Positions 10,726-23,864 of a stretch of 64,000 nucleotides of DNA are shown one piece after another. This DNA is from Prasinococcaceae sp. CCMP 1430. Its lineage: Eukaryota; Plantae; Prasinodermophyta. The notes beneath the pieces were generated by a model. The model saw only the letters and a program-made list of their open reading frames with translations, was not told where the DNA came from and did not search any database. The translations under genes and the position numbers were made by a program. The stretch lies in NCBI GenBank assembly GCA_013416795.1, contig RQSC01000011.1, positions 174,721 to 238,720 on the forward strand, read 5' to 3'. The stretch's first letter is position 1; each line of letters starts with the position of its first letter.

Positions 10726-13467
10726 CTACGCCAGGTAGTTGTACACCGACGAGTTGTCCTTGTCGCGCTCAAGGTACTCGCGATTGATCAGGTCCTCGAT
10801 CCTCTTCTTGATCATCCTGAGGTCGGGCTTGAACATCTTCTGCAGCTGCTGCATGCACTCCATCACCAGCTGCTGGTGCTGCATTGACTTGCGGGTCTTC
10901 ATGATGCGCACGATCGCCGCGTCGATCGCGTAGCGCCTGTCCTTGTCGACGTCCTCCATCACCTTCTTCTTCTCGTCCATGGGGGGCAGCGGGATCTTGA
11001 TCCGGCGCATCTTGTCGGTGAAGCTCTCGTTGAAACTGAAGACGTCCTCGGATGGCTTGATGGTGCGCCCCTCGGGCTCCTTCTTGAGCACCTTGTACTT
11101 GGCGCAAGAGAGCGAGTGCAGCAGCCGCGTGACGTCCTCCTGCTTGAGGTTGAGCTGCTCCTTGATCTCCTCGTACGACAGCTTCTCGTTGGTGTTGAAC
11201 AGCATGAGCAGCGCCCCCTGGTACGTGCTCATCGACATCTCGATGGTCTTCGCCTTGAAGAAGCCCTTCATCTGCACGGTCCCCAGGCTGTACACCCACG
11301 TGAGCTTGCGGTGCTTGGTGTGGGAATCGTGGTACTCCTGGTAGAGGTTCACGCACTGCTCCAGCTCCTTGGGAATGCGCACGTCTTGGGTGGGGTACGT
11401 CGGCCAGTAGCCGGTGGTGAGCACCGTCACCGTCACGTCCACGAGCTTCTCGCTGCCCTCCTTTCCTGCCAGGAAGTCCTGGAACTTCGCGTGGCCCTCG
11501 CGCGCGATCGTCAGGTCGGTCACCATGCCTTCCATCTTCGACGTGAACTGCGCGCCGCACTGCTGCTTGAGCTTCGCCAGCACCGAGCGCTCGTGGTCGT
11601 CGTTGGCGCTCTTGTCGAAGAGCAGGCGCCGCGCCAGCTTCTTCCGCGCGAATTCGCCGAAGAGGTCCTTGTCGCTGACGTACGCAAGCAGTCGCACGAC
11701 CTTGTCGAGCTGCTCTTCGACCGCGTCGTCGCTGAGGCGCTCGCCACCGCCCTTGCTGAGCAGATTGTTGCAGAAAGTCGCGAGCAGCTCCGCCGAGCTG
11801 CTGCCAGCCACCCCCTTGTTGAGGAACATCTCGAACGCATCCTTGAGCGCCTTGTTGAACAGGTGACTCTTCTGGAAGCAGCCCGTCACGTACTCCATGT
11901 ACTTGTCGTGCAGCTCGATGGCGCGCCTGACGAACGCCTGCTCCTGCCCCGCCGTGCTGGCTGCCTTGGCCCGCTTGCCCCCCTCGGCCTCCGCCCCCGC
12001 TTTGCGCTCCTTGGCGGCCTCCTCCGCGGTGCGCACAATGCCCATGCCCTCCGCCTGCACATGCGCGCGGAAGGCGGCGCTGATCGGCGCGAGGCCCTCG
12101 GGGATGCGCGAGAACAGGCGGAACATGCGACTGAGGTCGTCGACCTTGTCGTCCCGCATGAGCGCCGCGCAGCCGCTGCTCTCCTTCTCCAGCAGCTGCG
12201 TCTGGTGTACCTTGAGCAACTCGTGCTCCGCCTTGGCCAGCAGCTTCTCCTCGCTCGAGGTGTGCAGGTAGTGGGCAACGCGCTCGCGCTCGCGTTTGAG
12301 GTGCTCCTCGGCCTTCACCATGTACTCTGGACACGAGTCGTCGGTGATCCACGCCGCGCTCTTGCGAGAGTAGTACGCGGCAGTGTCCTCGAGCAAGAAT
12401 GCTTCGAAGTCCGTCTCGTAACCCTCGAGTCCACCCATGCCAATCTCCACGAAGATGTCCACAACGCTTTTGAGCAACGAGCGGTCCACCGACTCGCCCT
12501 CGCGCTCCTTGTTCACTAGCACTAGCACGGCGTCCTTGACAGGCTTCTTGAGCTCAGCGAACACCAGATCGCGGAACGCAACCAGCCCCACCACGTTCAG
12601 CTTGTTCAGCGAGTGCCGCGTGACGTAGTACCGGTCCAGGTAGTTGAAGAAGCGCGAGAGCCACCGCACCATCACCTTGTGGTTTTCCCAGCGCTTCACC
12701 AGCGCGCGCAGCATCTGCTCGTCGCGCTCCTCGCGCAGCGCGGGCAGCACCTTGGCGGTGATGTAGTCATTGAACGATTGCCGGTAGCGCTCGTACAGCT
12801 GCGGGCTGTAGTCGTGCGGCGGCTTCTGCGTGCACATGTTGTAGATCGTACTGCGCGCGCCGAGGGAAGGCGTCAGCGGGCGGCCGGTGGCCAGGGCGGC
12901 GGGGGCAAAGCGCGCGCAGCGTCAGCACGGCGGTAGGGCGCGCAACGCGCAGGCCGAGCCACCACGCGCGACGCGCGAGGCCCGCGCCAAATCAGACGCC
13001 GCGGCCTCGCCTCGGGCCCGCGACGGCGACCGCCGAGGGGCCAACACCCACCAGACGAGGGCGCGCGCGAGCGCGCACGAATGAGAGCCGAGGCGCCCAG
13101 CGGGCCGGCGCGCTTCGGATCCCGCGGGCCCAAGCCCACGTCGATCGGCGCCGCTGGGACGCGCTTCGCGCGCGGCGCGCTCACGCCCGCTCTGGCCGCG
13201 GCCGACCTGCAGGCCGTACGGTGCGAGCAGCGGGCGTGGCGCTCGTGGCGGCGCGGATCCGGGATGCGCAGAGGAGCAGATCGTCGCCGCCGCGCAATTG
13301 CGCCCGCGCCGCGCGCCGCGCCGCACGCACGTGTACAGGTGCATGTAGAGGTCGACGCCGAAGGGCTCCTCGTTCTCGCCCTCGAGGATGTTGATCAGCT
13401 TGGCGACGCCCTTCCTCATGTCCTCCCAGCCCGCCTCCAGCTCGATGATGGGCTGCCCCACCACCAT
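10726..13467 (-). CDS. CUL1: Cullin-1
   Basis: Exon 1 13467-13331, intron 13330-12851, exon 2 12850-10726. Plant-type N-terminus [18 protein letters not shown], cullin homology domain, and neddylation region [12 protein letters not shown]...[13 protein letters not shown]. Confidence 0.97.
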
Positions 13468-14020
13468 GGCGCCGGCGGCGCCCGCGCGCGCGCGCGCGCG
13501 CGCGCTCTTTCCCCGTCCCCCCGCGTTTTGATGACGGCGGGGGGAAACCGGAGCGCGACACGCCGACAAAACGAGTGCGTTTTGATGGCGTACATCGGGG
13601 TCGGCGCGAGGCAAATCTACCGCCGTCGCCCCTCACCGCCACGCGCGCGCGCGTGGCGGTCACTCGCGGTCACACAAACCGGACCCCCAAATTTAGCGCC
13701 AACTTTTTCGCTTCAATTTCGAGCCATATACGTAAAGATTCATATTCATATATAGCGCGGGCGCCGGCATTTGCGTCCCGTCGAAAAACGGGACGCCGCG
13801 CGCGCCTCGCCCCTCTGCCGCGCGCCGCGCGCGCGCGCGCGCCGCAGCCGAAATCTTTTCGCCGCGCGGCGCGCGTTTTTACGTCGAGAAACGGGCGCAG
13901 CGCCCGTTTTTCTCGTGTGTGCGCGCAGTGTGTTCCAAAGGCGAAGCGCACCGTGATTATTTTTATTTTATTTTGTTTATCTTATTTTGTTGTGTCCGGC
14001 GAGCGATCCCGTCGGGCTTG

Positions 14021-14953
14021 ATGTCTCCCGTGGGGNGGCGGATCAACGCGGCGTTCGACGCGTCGTCGCCGCCTCCCCTGCGCGCGCTCGTGGACGCGCT
14101 CGATGCCGCGGAGGAGCCCGACGGCGCCGACGCGCTCGCGGCCGTGTCGGCGGCGGCGCGCTTCCAGCAGCAGCGCATGGCCGCGCACGGACAGGCGTCG
14201 CTCGGCGACGACGCCACGCGCGCGCTCGTCGCCTTCCTCACCAGGGCGGGCGAGGTACGCGCGCACGCGCACGCGCTCTGTGCTCGTGCGATGCGCGCGC
14301 GTGGCCCATCGCGCACAGCGCACGTGCGTGTGTGGAAGTGCGGGCGCAGGCGAGGACGAGTGCTCACACGCGCCTGCGCGACAATCCGCCCGCGCTTGCG
14401 CACGCTTGCGCACGGCGGCACACACACACGCACGCGCGCACGCGCACGCGCGCGCAGCCCAAGGTCCTGGCGCGCCTCTTCCGCGACCCGTACGTGTACG
14501 GCCTGTCGCCCTCGACGGAGCGCGTCGCCGAGGCGCTCGAGGGCATCGTGTCGTCGGGCGGCGAAGCGGAGAGCGTGCTGGCGACGTACCACCGCACCAA
14601 GGTGCGTGGCGCTGAGAATGCACGATCGGAACGATTGCGGGCACGTCATGAGTGCGCATGCGTGCGCGCGCATGCGCGCGCGCGCGCGCATGTGTGCGTG
14701 TGTTGGCGTGCGTGTGCTTCTGTGTACGAACGCCGCGGCATGCGTTTGTGCGCATCTGCGCACACTCGCGCACACACACGCTCACGCGGCCTCCACTCTC
14801 TCGCGCGCGCTTGCACAGGCGCTGCCGGGCGCGCGGCCGGACGCGCGCACATTCGCCGCCGTTGCGACGGCGCTGCGCGGCGCGGGCTTTGACGGCCTCG
14901 TGGACGGCCTACGGGAGGAGTTCGAGGCCAACGGCGTGGGCGTGGCGGAGTAA
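14021..14953 (+). CDS. Hypothetical helical protein with a PPR-like last exon; 5' end uncertain (N14036)
   Basis: Exons about 14037-14254, 14458-14601 and 14819-14953 joined in frame by GT-AG introns; last exon reads RPDARTFAAVATALRGAGFDGLV. Confidence 0.55.
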   Translation: MSPVGXRINAAFDASSPPPLRALVDALDAAEEPDGADALAAVSAAARFQQQRMAAHGQASLGDDATRALVAFLTRAGEVRAHAHALCARAMRARGPSRTAHVRVWKCGRRRGRVLTRACATIRPRLRTLAHGGTHTRTRARARARSPRSWRASSATRTCTACRPRRSASPRRSRASCRRAAKRRACWRRTTAPRCVALRMHDRNDCGHVMSAHACARMRARARMCACVGVRVLLCTNAAACVCAHLRTLAHTHAHAASTLSRALAQALPGARPDARTFAAVATALRGAGFDGLVDGLREEFEANGVGVAE

Positions 14954-15165
14954 GCGCTTACACGGCCACGCGTGCAACGCACGCACACACGCACGCAGGG
15001 TCGAGTAATTTTTTGTCACGTTGTGTGATGCATGGTGAGTCCCACATGGCGATGGTATGGTACACTTGTGTCGGTTACAGTGGTCGCGAGCGCGTGCGAC
15101 GGCGCACAGCTTTTGCGGACGGGCGCGTGCGCGCGTGTGTTTGTGTGCACAGCGCCGCCGCACTT

Positions 15166-17361
15166 TCAGGCTCGCGAGCCCTTCTCACGCAGCGCCTTCT
15201 CGTCCTCGTCGAGATCCGAGTCGGTTTCCCACTCGTCCTCGTCTGAGTCGGGCCACGCCGCCTCCGCGGCGGTGGGCTCGTGCAAGCACACCCACGCGGG
15301 GTTCTTTTGCGCGCGTGTGTGCGCGCGTGCGTGTGTGTGAGAAAGAGAGAGTCAGAGAGATAATGCGTGCGTGCACACAGACACGTGTGTGTGTGCTGGC
15401 CTCGGGGGAACTCCTCCCCCCCCTTCCACGCCCCGGCACACGCACCTTGAGGCTGAGGCTCCATAGGTCGTCGAGAGTGATCTCTTTGTCGCCGATTTCC
15501 ACGATGCCGCCATAAACGTACAATGTCGAGCCCGATACGGCGAGCTGCGCGTTAATGCGCCCGCGCGGACGGGGGGCATCCCGCGGGGGGCGCTCGCCGC
15601 TCGCGGGGGCGTACAGGAGCTCCGACACTGCGCCGCCGAGGCGGTACGTCTTGTACGCCTAGAATGTGTGCGTGCGCGCGTGTGTGTGCGTGTGTGCGCG
15701 CGAGTAAGCACTCGCACTCGCACCCGCACGCGCGTTGGCGTGCAGGACGCGCGCGGAGGCGGCGCTCACCTTTCGGACCGTGTGGCCCCTGTAGTGCGCC
15801 TGGATGAGCGTGGCCGCCCTGTCCTCGGGCGTCTGCGCGGCCCTCTTGGCCGCCGCCCTGCGCAGCGCGCGCTCGGCGAGCTCCTCGTCGCGCGCGCGCC
15901 GCGCCTCCTCCTCCTCTTCGGGGGTCGCGCCCGTCGCGCCGCCCTTGCCCTGGGGAGGGGGAGGGGGGCGGGTCAAGGGGTCGCGCGCGCGCGCGTGCGT
16001 GCGTGCGCGTGCGCGTGCGCGTGCCCGTGTGCGCAAGGATGCGTGAGCAGATGCAGATGCAGATGCAGCTGCGGACGAGTGCGCGCGCCGCGCACGCACC
16101 CACGCGCCAGACACGCACGCGCTCACCTTGGCGCGCCTGAGCGCCAGCGGGAACCAGCGGCGCGAGTCGAGCTGCAGCTGGTACAGCTCGTTGTAAAACT
16201 CCGAGATGAGCACCTCGCCGCCCTTGGCCTGGCGGCGGAGTTGGGGTTCGTATTGGGGTTTGCACTGAGGGTCAGATGCATGCTGATTGATGGTGCACGC
16301 GCGCAGGCTCTGTGCAGGGCTTGCGGCGGCGGCGCCTGGCGACGTACCTCCCTGTCCATGACGCCGCCGAAGAGCACGGCGCGCTTGAGGTGCGTGGTGA
16401 GCGCGAAGCCAGCGCGGGCGCCCGGGGGCATGCCCTGGCGCTTGAGGCGCTCCCAGCGGAGCGTGGACAGCGGCAGCGCCCACAGGTCCGTGTGGGCGGT
16501 GCCCCGTTCCGCGTCGAGCTCGTCCTCAGCCACCGACTTGGAGTAGCCGCCGTACAGCAGCAGCGTGTCGGCGTGCACGGCGAGCCCCGCCGCCGAGCGC
16601 GGCGAGGGAGCGTTGCCCGCGCCGCTCGCCTCGCCGACGGAGGTCCACGTGAGCGCCTGCGTGTCGAAGACGTGGGTGTCGCCGTAGTACTTCACTTTCT
16701 TGCCGTTGTCGAAGAAGCCGCCGAAGACGACGAGGCGGCCCTTGTGCATCACCGCGCGGTGACCCGAGCGCGGCGAGGGCGCGCCGCGCAGCTTGAGCTC
16801 CTCCCACCTGTTGGTCGACAGGTCGAGCCGCCACAGGCACTTGAAGTGGTGGAAGCGCTCCTGGTTTGGCGACGTGAACTCGCCGCCGAAGACGTACACG
16901 AAGCCCTTCCAGTAGCCCGCGACGTGCGCGGAGCGCGCGGGCGGGCCGCCGGGGCTGTGCACGCGGCTCCACACTCCCTTCTCGATGTGGTAGCGGTACA
17001 GGTCACCATAGACGCGGCACTTCTTGCCGTCGTAGTGCTCGCCGCCGAAGAGCACCAGCTCATGGCGCTTGGGCGAGATCTCGCACGCGGTGAGCGAAGC
17101 ATTGCAGCGCGGGCTGGGCGGGGGGACGTCCGCGTCGACGGTCACCGCGCTCTTCTTGGCGTCCTCCAGCGCAAGCGAAGCAAGGATGGCATCGATGTCG
17201 TCCTCGCCGCCCTGCGCCTCGCGCTCCTTGCGGCGCTCCTTCTTGTCCGCCGACTTCTGCGTCTTGCGCTCCGTCTTCTCCTTGCCGGAAACCTTCTTTG
17301 CCACCTCCTCGGGGTGCGAGCGCTTCGCCGCCTTCTTCTTCTTGTCGCGCCCGGAACCCAT
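15166..17361 (-). CDS. KLHDC4: Kelch domain-containing protein 4 (Kel3-like) with an IQ-motif insertion
   Basis: Basic N-terminus MGSGRDKKKK and kelch repeats (LFGGEHYDG, VFGGEFTSPNQERFHH, VFGGFFD, LYGGYSK). Exons 17361-16348, 16228-16127, 15949-15770, 15658-15446 and 15276-15166. Confidence 0.88.
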
Positions 17362-17661
17362 CGCGGCAGGCGAGGAGATACACCGCCGAGAGCTCAAAGG
17401 GCCGCACGCCACGCCGCGCGCGCGCGCGCTCTGTGGCGCGCCGCGCCCGCGCCCCACCGCGGGCGAAAGCGCGCATGCGCTCGTTCGCAAAAGCGCGTGC
17501 GCATGCGCTGCAGCCACACACGCGAGCGCAAGCGCCCCGGGGACACGCGTCGCTGAAGGGGGAGGGGGGGGGCGTAACCCCCCTCCACGCGTGCGCGTGC
17601 GCGCGCGCAATTGTGCACAAGCGTACGCGCACGACCGCGCAGCGCCGCCGTGCCGTCGGCA

Positions 17662-18360
17662 ATGGGCGTCGTGTTCAGCGCGCCGGTGGCGACCGAGGCC
17701 TACGGCTTCGCCGGGTTTGCCGCGAGCGCCGCCGCGGGATTGCTCTGGACAGCATGGGCGTACGCACCGCTGCTTAGCGCGAGCGCGGGCGCATCCCCGG
17801 AGGAGGTGAGATGCGCGGGGGATGGGTGAACGCGCGCACATACATTCGCGCTCCCACCCTCGCATTCACTCACTCACACTCACGGGCACATGGGCTCGTG
17901 TGCTCACGCGCTCGCTCACTCGCTCGCTCATGCGCATTTGCGCACCCGGGCACTCACACGCGCGCTCCCGCGTGTCGTTGCCCGCCCCACCGCCCCCACG
18001 CGCCCGCAGCCGCTCTCAGGTGCGCGTTACTGGGCGTTGGCACCCGCTGCCTGGCTGTGCGTGGCAACCTTCTTTGGTGCGTTCGTTGCATACGGCGGCG
18101 CCTCGCAGACGCTGTGTGCGGCCGCGCCTACGAGCTCGCGCGCGGCCGCAGACGACCACTCAGTGAGCGCTCGCGCGCGCGCCCGTGCGCGCGCGCAGAG
18201 TGCACACATGCACACGCAAGCGCGCACCCACGCGTGCGCAAGCACGCATGGCGTGGTGCCAGCCGAGGCAGATCTGCCGCTGCACGTCGCCAACGCGTTC
18301 ACGCATAGCGGCGGCGGTGCACGCAGCGGGGTGCAGTGGGCGCCGGCCGGGCCGACGTGA
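17662..18360 (+). CDS. PIGP: GPI-GlcNAc transferase complex subunit P
   Basis: YGFAGFAAS..LLWTAWAYAP, then intron 17806-18019, then RYWALAPAAWL..YGG and a C-terminal DLPLHVAN; this matches the two-TM PIG-P pattern. Last splice junction is uncertain. Confidence 0.7.
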
Positions 18361-18484
18361 GCGTGAGTTTGTAAATGTGTATAGTACACCCATGGAAGAG
18401 CTTCGGCGTGCCGCGCATCGCATGACGCCTAATACCTGCCACTGGCTGCGAGGTGTCGACGGAGACGTGCTGCTGCCGTCGCGC

Positions 18485-21400
18485 TCAACACACCGCCAAC
18501 GGCGCCGCAGCCGCCGTCAATGGCTCGTCCGCCTCGAAGTCGTCGTCGCTGTACGCCCCGCACGCGCCCTCAGCGGGAGCATCGGACGGGCCCTGTGTCT
18601 CGCTCAGCGCTAGCGGCGAGCCACTACCGCTCGCCGCCCCTGTCCCGGCTCCTTCAGCCCCGGCATCGCCGACCGCACTGGCGCCGACGCGCATGGCCTT
18701 CTGCAGCCACGCTGGCCCCTCCCCCGCTGGCTTGGACTGGGATAGGGGCACCGCCGCTGCCGCCGCAGTGACGGAAGGCGCTCCGGGCTGCTTCTTCTTC
18801 TGTAGCCACGACGGCGCCGCGTCCGGCACCGACGAGTCATACAGCGGGCCATCGCTCTTCGAGTCGGCGCCTTCGTTCGAGTCCAGCAACGACGGCGTGG
18901 CGGCTTCATTCGCAGCAGCGACAGGTTCAGACGCAGCAGCAGCAGCGTCGGCAGCAGCAGCGGGCGCAGCGGCTATGGACGCCGCGTCCACGGCATCGCC
19001 ACACTCGCCGCTGCCGGCAGCGTTCGGCCCTTCGGGCGCCCCGGAAGATGCAGCTGTCGCGGGCACCTCGTCATCCTCGTCATCGAAGGGGTCATCACTG
19101 TACCCTTGGTCCGAGGCCTCGTCGAGCGCCGCCGCCGCCGACAGCTCCGCTTCGAGTGCAATCGAGGCCTCCTTCCCCTCACTTAGATTCTCAGGCGCGG
19201 GCGTTGCGCTTGAAGTATGAACGACAGGTGCGGGAACGTCCTCGCGCCGCGCGGCTCCGTCTTCGACCACGTGGTAGGCCTCGTCCGCCTCTTCTTCGAA
19301 CGAATCATCCAGCGCGGCGTTTGCCTCCGCGAGCGCCACTGCCATCAAATCCTCAGGGCTGCTATCGCCGGCCACAGCCGCGAAATGTGCAGGTGCTGCG
19401 AGTAGAGGCGAGGGTATCGAAAATGGCGACACGCTCGAGCTGGCGTTGGAGGGCGCGTCCGAGTCAGCGCCGCGATGCCCACGAATGCGGCCGCTCGGGG
19501 AGATTCGCAACTGCACGCCGCGAGGCTCAGCTGGCGGGTGTGGCCTCTTGGCGTCGAAGCCGGACCCCTGCTTGGATGCATGGCTCCCCGAGCGCTTCGA
19601 TGGATTCGACCCAGGCACCCGTGCAACCCTGCCCAAGGGGCTTATGGCGGAGCGGTGAGAGTCCGGCGAACTCTCGACTCCACGCCTGTGCCCACCGCCC
19701 TTCGCGCCGCGCGAGAGGCGGGGCACTAGTGGCCGCTTGGTCTGCGGCGAAGGTGGGTCCTTCGCGGGGACAGCAAGCCGGTGGCCACCAGGCAAAGGCT
19801 TGGGCTTGTCTCGATACACGACTTTGACCTTGGATGCCGCAACCTTCGCAGCCACGGCAGCGAGCTTTGCGGTCTTTTCTTGCTCAGCAAGCTGCTGGCG
19901 CGCAGCCTCGAGCTCCGCGCTCTTGGCGTCGAGCTTCTCACGCAGATCCTTGAGCTTGCCACGTAATCTGCGCTCGCCGTCGCGCAGTTTCGCAGCAGAT
20001 GCGCCGCTGGCGGCGGCGTGCGCGCCCGCGCCTTTGGCTGACTTCTCAAGCACTGCAATGCGCTCTGCTTGGTCTTTGATCTTGTCCTTGAGCGCCTTGA
20101 CGCCACCATCTGCAGGCACTGACTGCTTCTTCGCGAGCTTCTCTTCGGCCTTGGCGAGCGCTTGACCCTGCGAGAACGCCTGGCGTTGCGCGTCCTGCCT
20201 TTCCTTCTGGAGGCGGCGGTTGGCCTCACGCAGCTTCGTCACCTCCTCAGCTGCGGCGCGGCCGTGGTCACCGGCGCCGCGCCCTCTCGCCTCTCCGAGT
20301 GCGGGGGCAGCGTTTACGAGCGCGCGCTCTTGCCTGGCCTGCACGAGGTTCAGCGCCTTGATCTCCTTCAGCGCATCCGCCAGCAAACGACCCTTCTCTT
20401 GGGCGACGTTCTCTGCGGCTTTCAAGCGTTCGGCAAGTACCTCGTCGCTTGATCGCGTGGCGCGGTCAAGCTCGCGCCGCAGGCGAGAGACGCGCTTACG
20501 CTCAGCATCAAGCTTGATGGCAAGCTCCGACTCGGAAGACTTCTTGCTGAGTGCATGATCAAGCTTCTTGCTGAAGTCGGCAAGCTCGGCTGAGAGCTCC
20601 TTGATGCGCGCTTCGGCACGGACGCGATGTTTTCGTTCCCCTGCGGCTGTGGACTCTAGGCGCCGCACGTCCTCCTTGTGTTCAGCCGCCCGAGCCTGCT
20701 GCTTAGCCAAAGCCTTGTCGAGCATGCCTTCGAACTCGTCACGCGCACGCTCGTAGCCGGCCGCCTCGCCCGCCTCGGCGGCGCGGGCAGCGTCCTCGGC
20801 AGACTCTAATTCCCAGCGCTCGCGAGCGGCTGCAACCGCCGCCTCGACATCCGCGACGCTGTTGTTGCCAGCGCTAGTATGGAAGTCACCACTGTTGGAA
20901 TAGCGCTGGTAAAAGCCGCCATTTGACTCGATCGATGTGCGCCGGCTGAGTTGACGGATCTTGAGATGTGATAGGTTGGCGCTAGCCACCGACACCATGC
21001 TCTCCGACTGGCGTTGCAGGTGTTGCATTGGCGACGGATCCACTTCGACGTGGTGACCACTGTCCGAGTCTGCTAGCGCTTCCCCCTCCGAATTCTCCGG
21101 GCACGGAGCGCGTTGTGCATCCTCGCGGGGCGCTAAGGAAGGTATCTCCGCGGCGTAGAGATTATCAGGGAACAGGTGTAGCCTCTTCGGAGCGGCTGCC
21201 GGCGGCGGCGCTGCCGCTGCGCCAGTTACCGGCTCAGTCCCATCGGCAGATTCTGTCGCGGCCGTCCCAGCGGCCTCGGTCCCGCGTGGCACACCGACGA
21301 GCGGCTGCTCTACAGCAGGTGAACCGAATGCGTCGGACGAGGCAGGAATCTCGCGCGTGGGCGACTCAGCACTAGCTTCGTCGACGTTCGGGGTCTCGTG

Positions 21401-22031
21401 CTCAATAAAGGTAGCGTCGGAGCCACCCGGAGCGCTGGTAGCGGGCGAGGGTGCAGCATCCCCAGCGGTGTGATCCTCGCGCGCGGGCGGCGACGCATCA
21501 AGCTCAAAATCGTTCGCCTCGAGCACGCCATCGCTGTTCCCTGCCTGGGTCACTGCATTTCCCTCTACGCCCGCGTCCGCCCCAGGTCCATCTGTCACCT
21601 CAGGCACTTCGAGCCGCGGCACGGGTGTCGACATTGCCGCGGCAGCCGCCTGCGATGGCGCACGCACGCGCCAGCGCGTAGTACCCGAGGCTCGTCAGCA
21701 TCGGCTCGCACGCACGCGCACGCGCATGCGCAAACGAGCATCGCACGCACGACCACGAAGTCACACTCAACGCTCATTTTTGCGGGAGCCGCGGGGGAGC
21801 ACGCGGTCCGCGCGCGCGCATGGAAACATCGCAATCGCGCTTGCCACGCACATCGAGCACCTCGCCCTCGAGGAGCGCGAGCGCGCCGTCAGCAATGGCA
21901 GGTGCGGAGCCGCCGCCGTCGCCGCTGCCGGCCTCGACAGAATTCCTCTCCTCCTCGAAGTCGTCCTCGAAGCTGCTGTACCCCTCGTCCTCGGACGAGG
22001 CACTGCGCTCCTCATCCTCGGACGATGACAT
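18485..22031 (-). CDS. Large low-complexity coiled-coil protein of unknown function
   Basis: Acidic exon 1 22031-21852 (MSSSEDEERS...), phase-0 intron 21851-21650, then an exon of about 3.16 kb with a long heptad E/K/A/L-rich central region. Confidence 0.7.
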
Positions 22032-22686
22032 CGTCGCAATGGTCGCGATGGCCCCGTGCTTGACACGATCGAGGGGGGCCGAGCGATGCCCCGCGGAGGG
22101 ACGGACGCGCCCAGCGCGAGCGCTCAGGCGCGGACGCGGCGCGAACCGTACGAACTGCGGCGCCTCTGCGCGCCGCGCGCGTCGCCGCGGCATTCAACGN
22201 NNNNNNNNNNNNNNNNNNNNNNNNNNNNNNNNNNNNNNNNNNNNNNNNNNNNNNNNNNNNNNNNNNNNNNNNNNNNNNNNNNNNNNNNNNNNNNNNNNNG
22301 CAGCGCCGCCGCGGACGCTGCGGCTGCTGCGCTCGCGCGGCGGCGCGCGCGAGGGTCGCCATGCTCGCCGAGCCGCTCTGTCGGAGGCCGGTCCGCCGGT
22401 CCGCTCGGTCAGGGGGGGTGTGAGGAAGGGGAGATGGTGGCGGCGCGGCGCGGGGCTGCGGTGTGGGGCGCGCAGTGTGCCCCCCAGCCCGCCCCCCATC
22501 CCCCCCCTGGCGCCCGCGAGCGGATAGAGCGATCACGCCGAGATCTTCGCGCCGTCGCAGCGCGAGCGACACACGCGCCCACATGCCGGTTGTTGGGTGA
22601 GCACAGTTCATAACCGCAAAAGTTTGCCAATTTCGGTACTTTTGAATGCGTTTTGACCTGCCAACTGCTCCACGCGTTTTGACGGC

Positions 22687-22759
22687 GCCCGCGTAGCTCA
22701 GTGGATAGAGCGTCGCTTTCCTAAGGCGAGGGTCGTGGGTTCGATCCCCATCGTGGGTG
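22687..22759 (+). tRNA. trnR-CCT: tRNA-Arg (anticodon CCT), intronless
   Basis: Acceptor stem GCCCGCG/CGTGGGT, D arm TAGCTCAGTGGATAGAGC, anticodon arm TCGCT-TTCCTAA-GGCGA, T arm GTGGG-TTCGATC-CCCAT. Confidence 0.96.
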
Positions 22760-22772
22760 GCATGGTACGCTC

Positions 22773-22786
22773 TTTTTTTTTTTTTT
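22773..22786 (+). terminator. Pol III oligo-dT terminator of tRNA-Arg
   Basis: T14 run starting 14 nt downstream of the tRNA. Confidence 0.85.
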
Positions 22787-23864
22787 GGCTTCTGCTCGTC
22801 CAATCAATCGCCTGCGTTCCCCCACGAACGATTCATTCGGTATGCGCCCGTTTTCGAAATTTCGTGCGGCCCCACCCCCCCGACGCGCGCACGCCCCACA
22901 CGCGGGGCGGCGCCCACGCACACACTCGCNNNNNNNNNNNNNNNNNNNNNNNNNNNNNNNNNNNNNNNNNNNNNNNNNNNNNNNNNNNNNNNNNNNNNNN
23001 NNNNNNNNNNNNNNNNNNNNNNNNNNNNNNNNNNNNNNNNNNNNNNNNNNNNNNNNNNNNNNNNNNNNNNNNNNNNNNNNNNNNNNNNNNNNNNNNNNNN
23101 NNNNNNNNNNNNNNNNNNNNNNNNNNNNNNNNNNNNNNNNNNNNNNNNNNNNNNNNNNNNNNNNNNNNNNNNNNNNNNNNNNNNNNNNNNNNNNNNNNNN
23201 NNNNNNNNNNNNNNNNNNNNNNNNNNNNNNNNNNNNNNNNNNNNNNNNNNNNNNNNNNNNNNNNNNNNNNNNNNNNNNNNNNNNNNNNNNNNNNNNNNNN
23301 NNNNNNNNNNNNNNNNNNNNNNNNNNNNNNNNNNNNNNNNNNNNNNNNNNNNNNNNNNNNNNNNNNNNNNNNNNNNNNNNNNNNNNNNNNNNNNNNNNNN
23401 NNNNNNNNNNNNNNNNNNNNNNNNNNNNNNNNNNNNNNNNNNNNNNNNNNNNNNNNNNNNNNNNNNNNNNNNNNNNNNNNNNNNNNNNNNNNNNNNNNNN
23501 NNNNNNNNNNNNNNNNNNNNNNNNNNNNNNNNNNNNNNNNNNNNNNNNNNNNNNNNNNNNNNNNNNNNNNNNNNNNNNNNNNNNNNNNNNNNNNNNNNNN
23601 NNNNNNNNNNNNNNNNNNNNNNNNNNNNNNNNNNNNNNNNNNNNNNNNNNNNNNNNNNNNNNNNNNNNNNNNNNNNNNNNNNNNNNNNNNNNNNNNNNNN
23701 NNNNNNNNNNNNNNNNNNNNNNNNNNNNNNNNNNNNNNNNNNNNNNNNNNNNNNNNNNNNNNNNNNNNNNNNNNNNNNNNNNNNNNNNNNNNNNNNNNNN
23801 NNNNNNNNNNNNNNNNNNNNNNNNNNNNNNNNNNNNNNNNNNNNNNNNNNNNNNNNNNNNNNNN

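Noticed and set aside
11116-12519. Numerous long antisense or alternate-frame ORFs over CUL1, ACAD, GST, M3 and others
   Set aside because: These are expected stop-poor shadow frames in about 70% GC coding DNA and carry no recognisable motifs.
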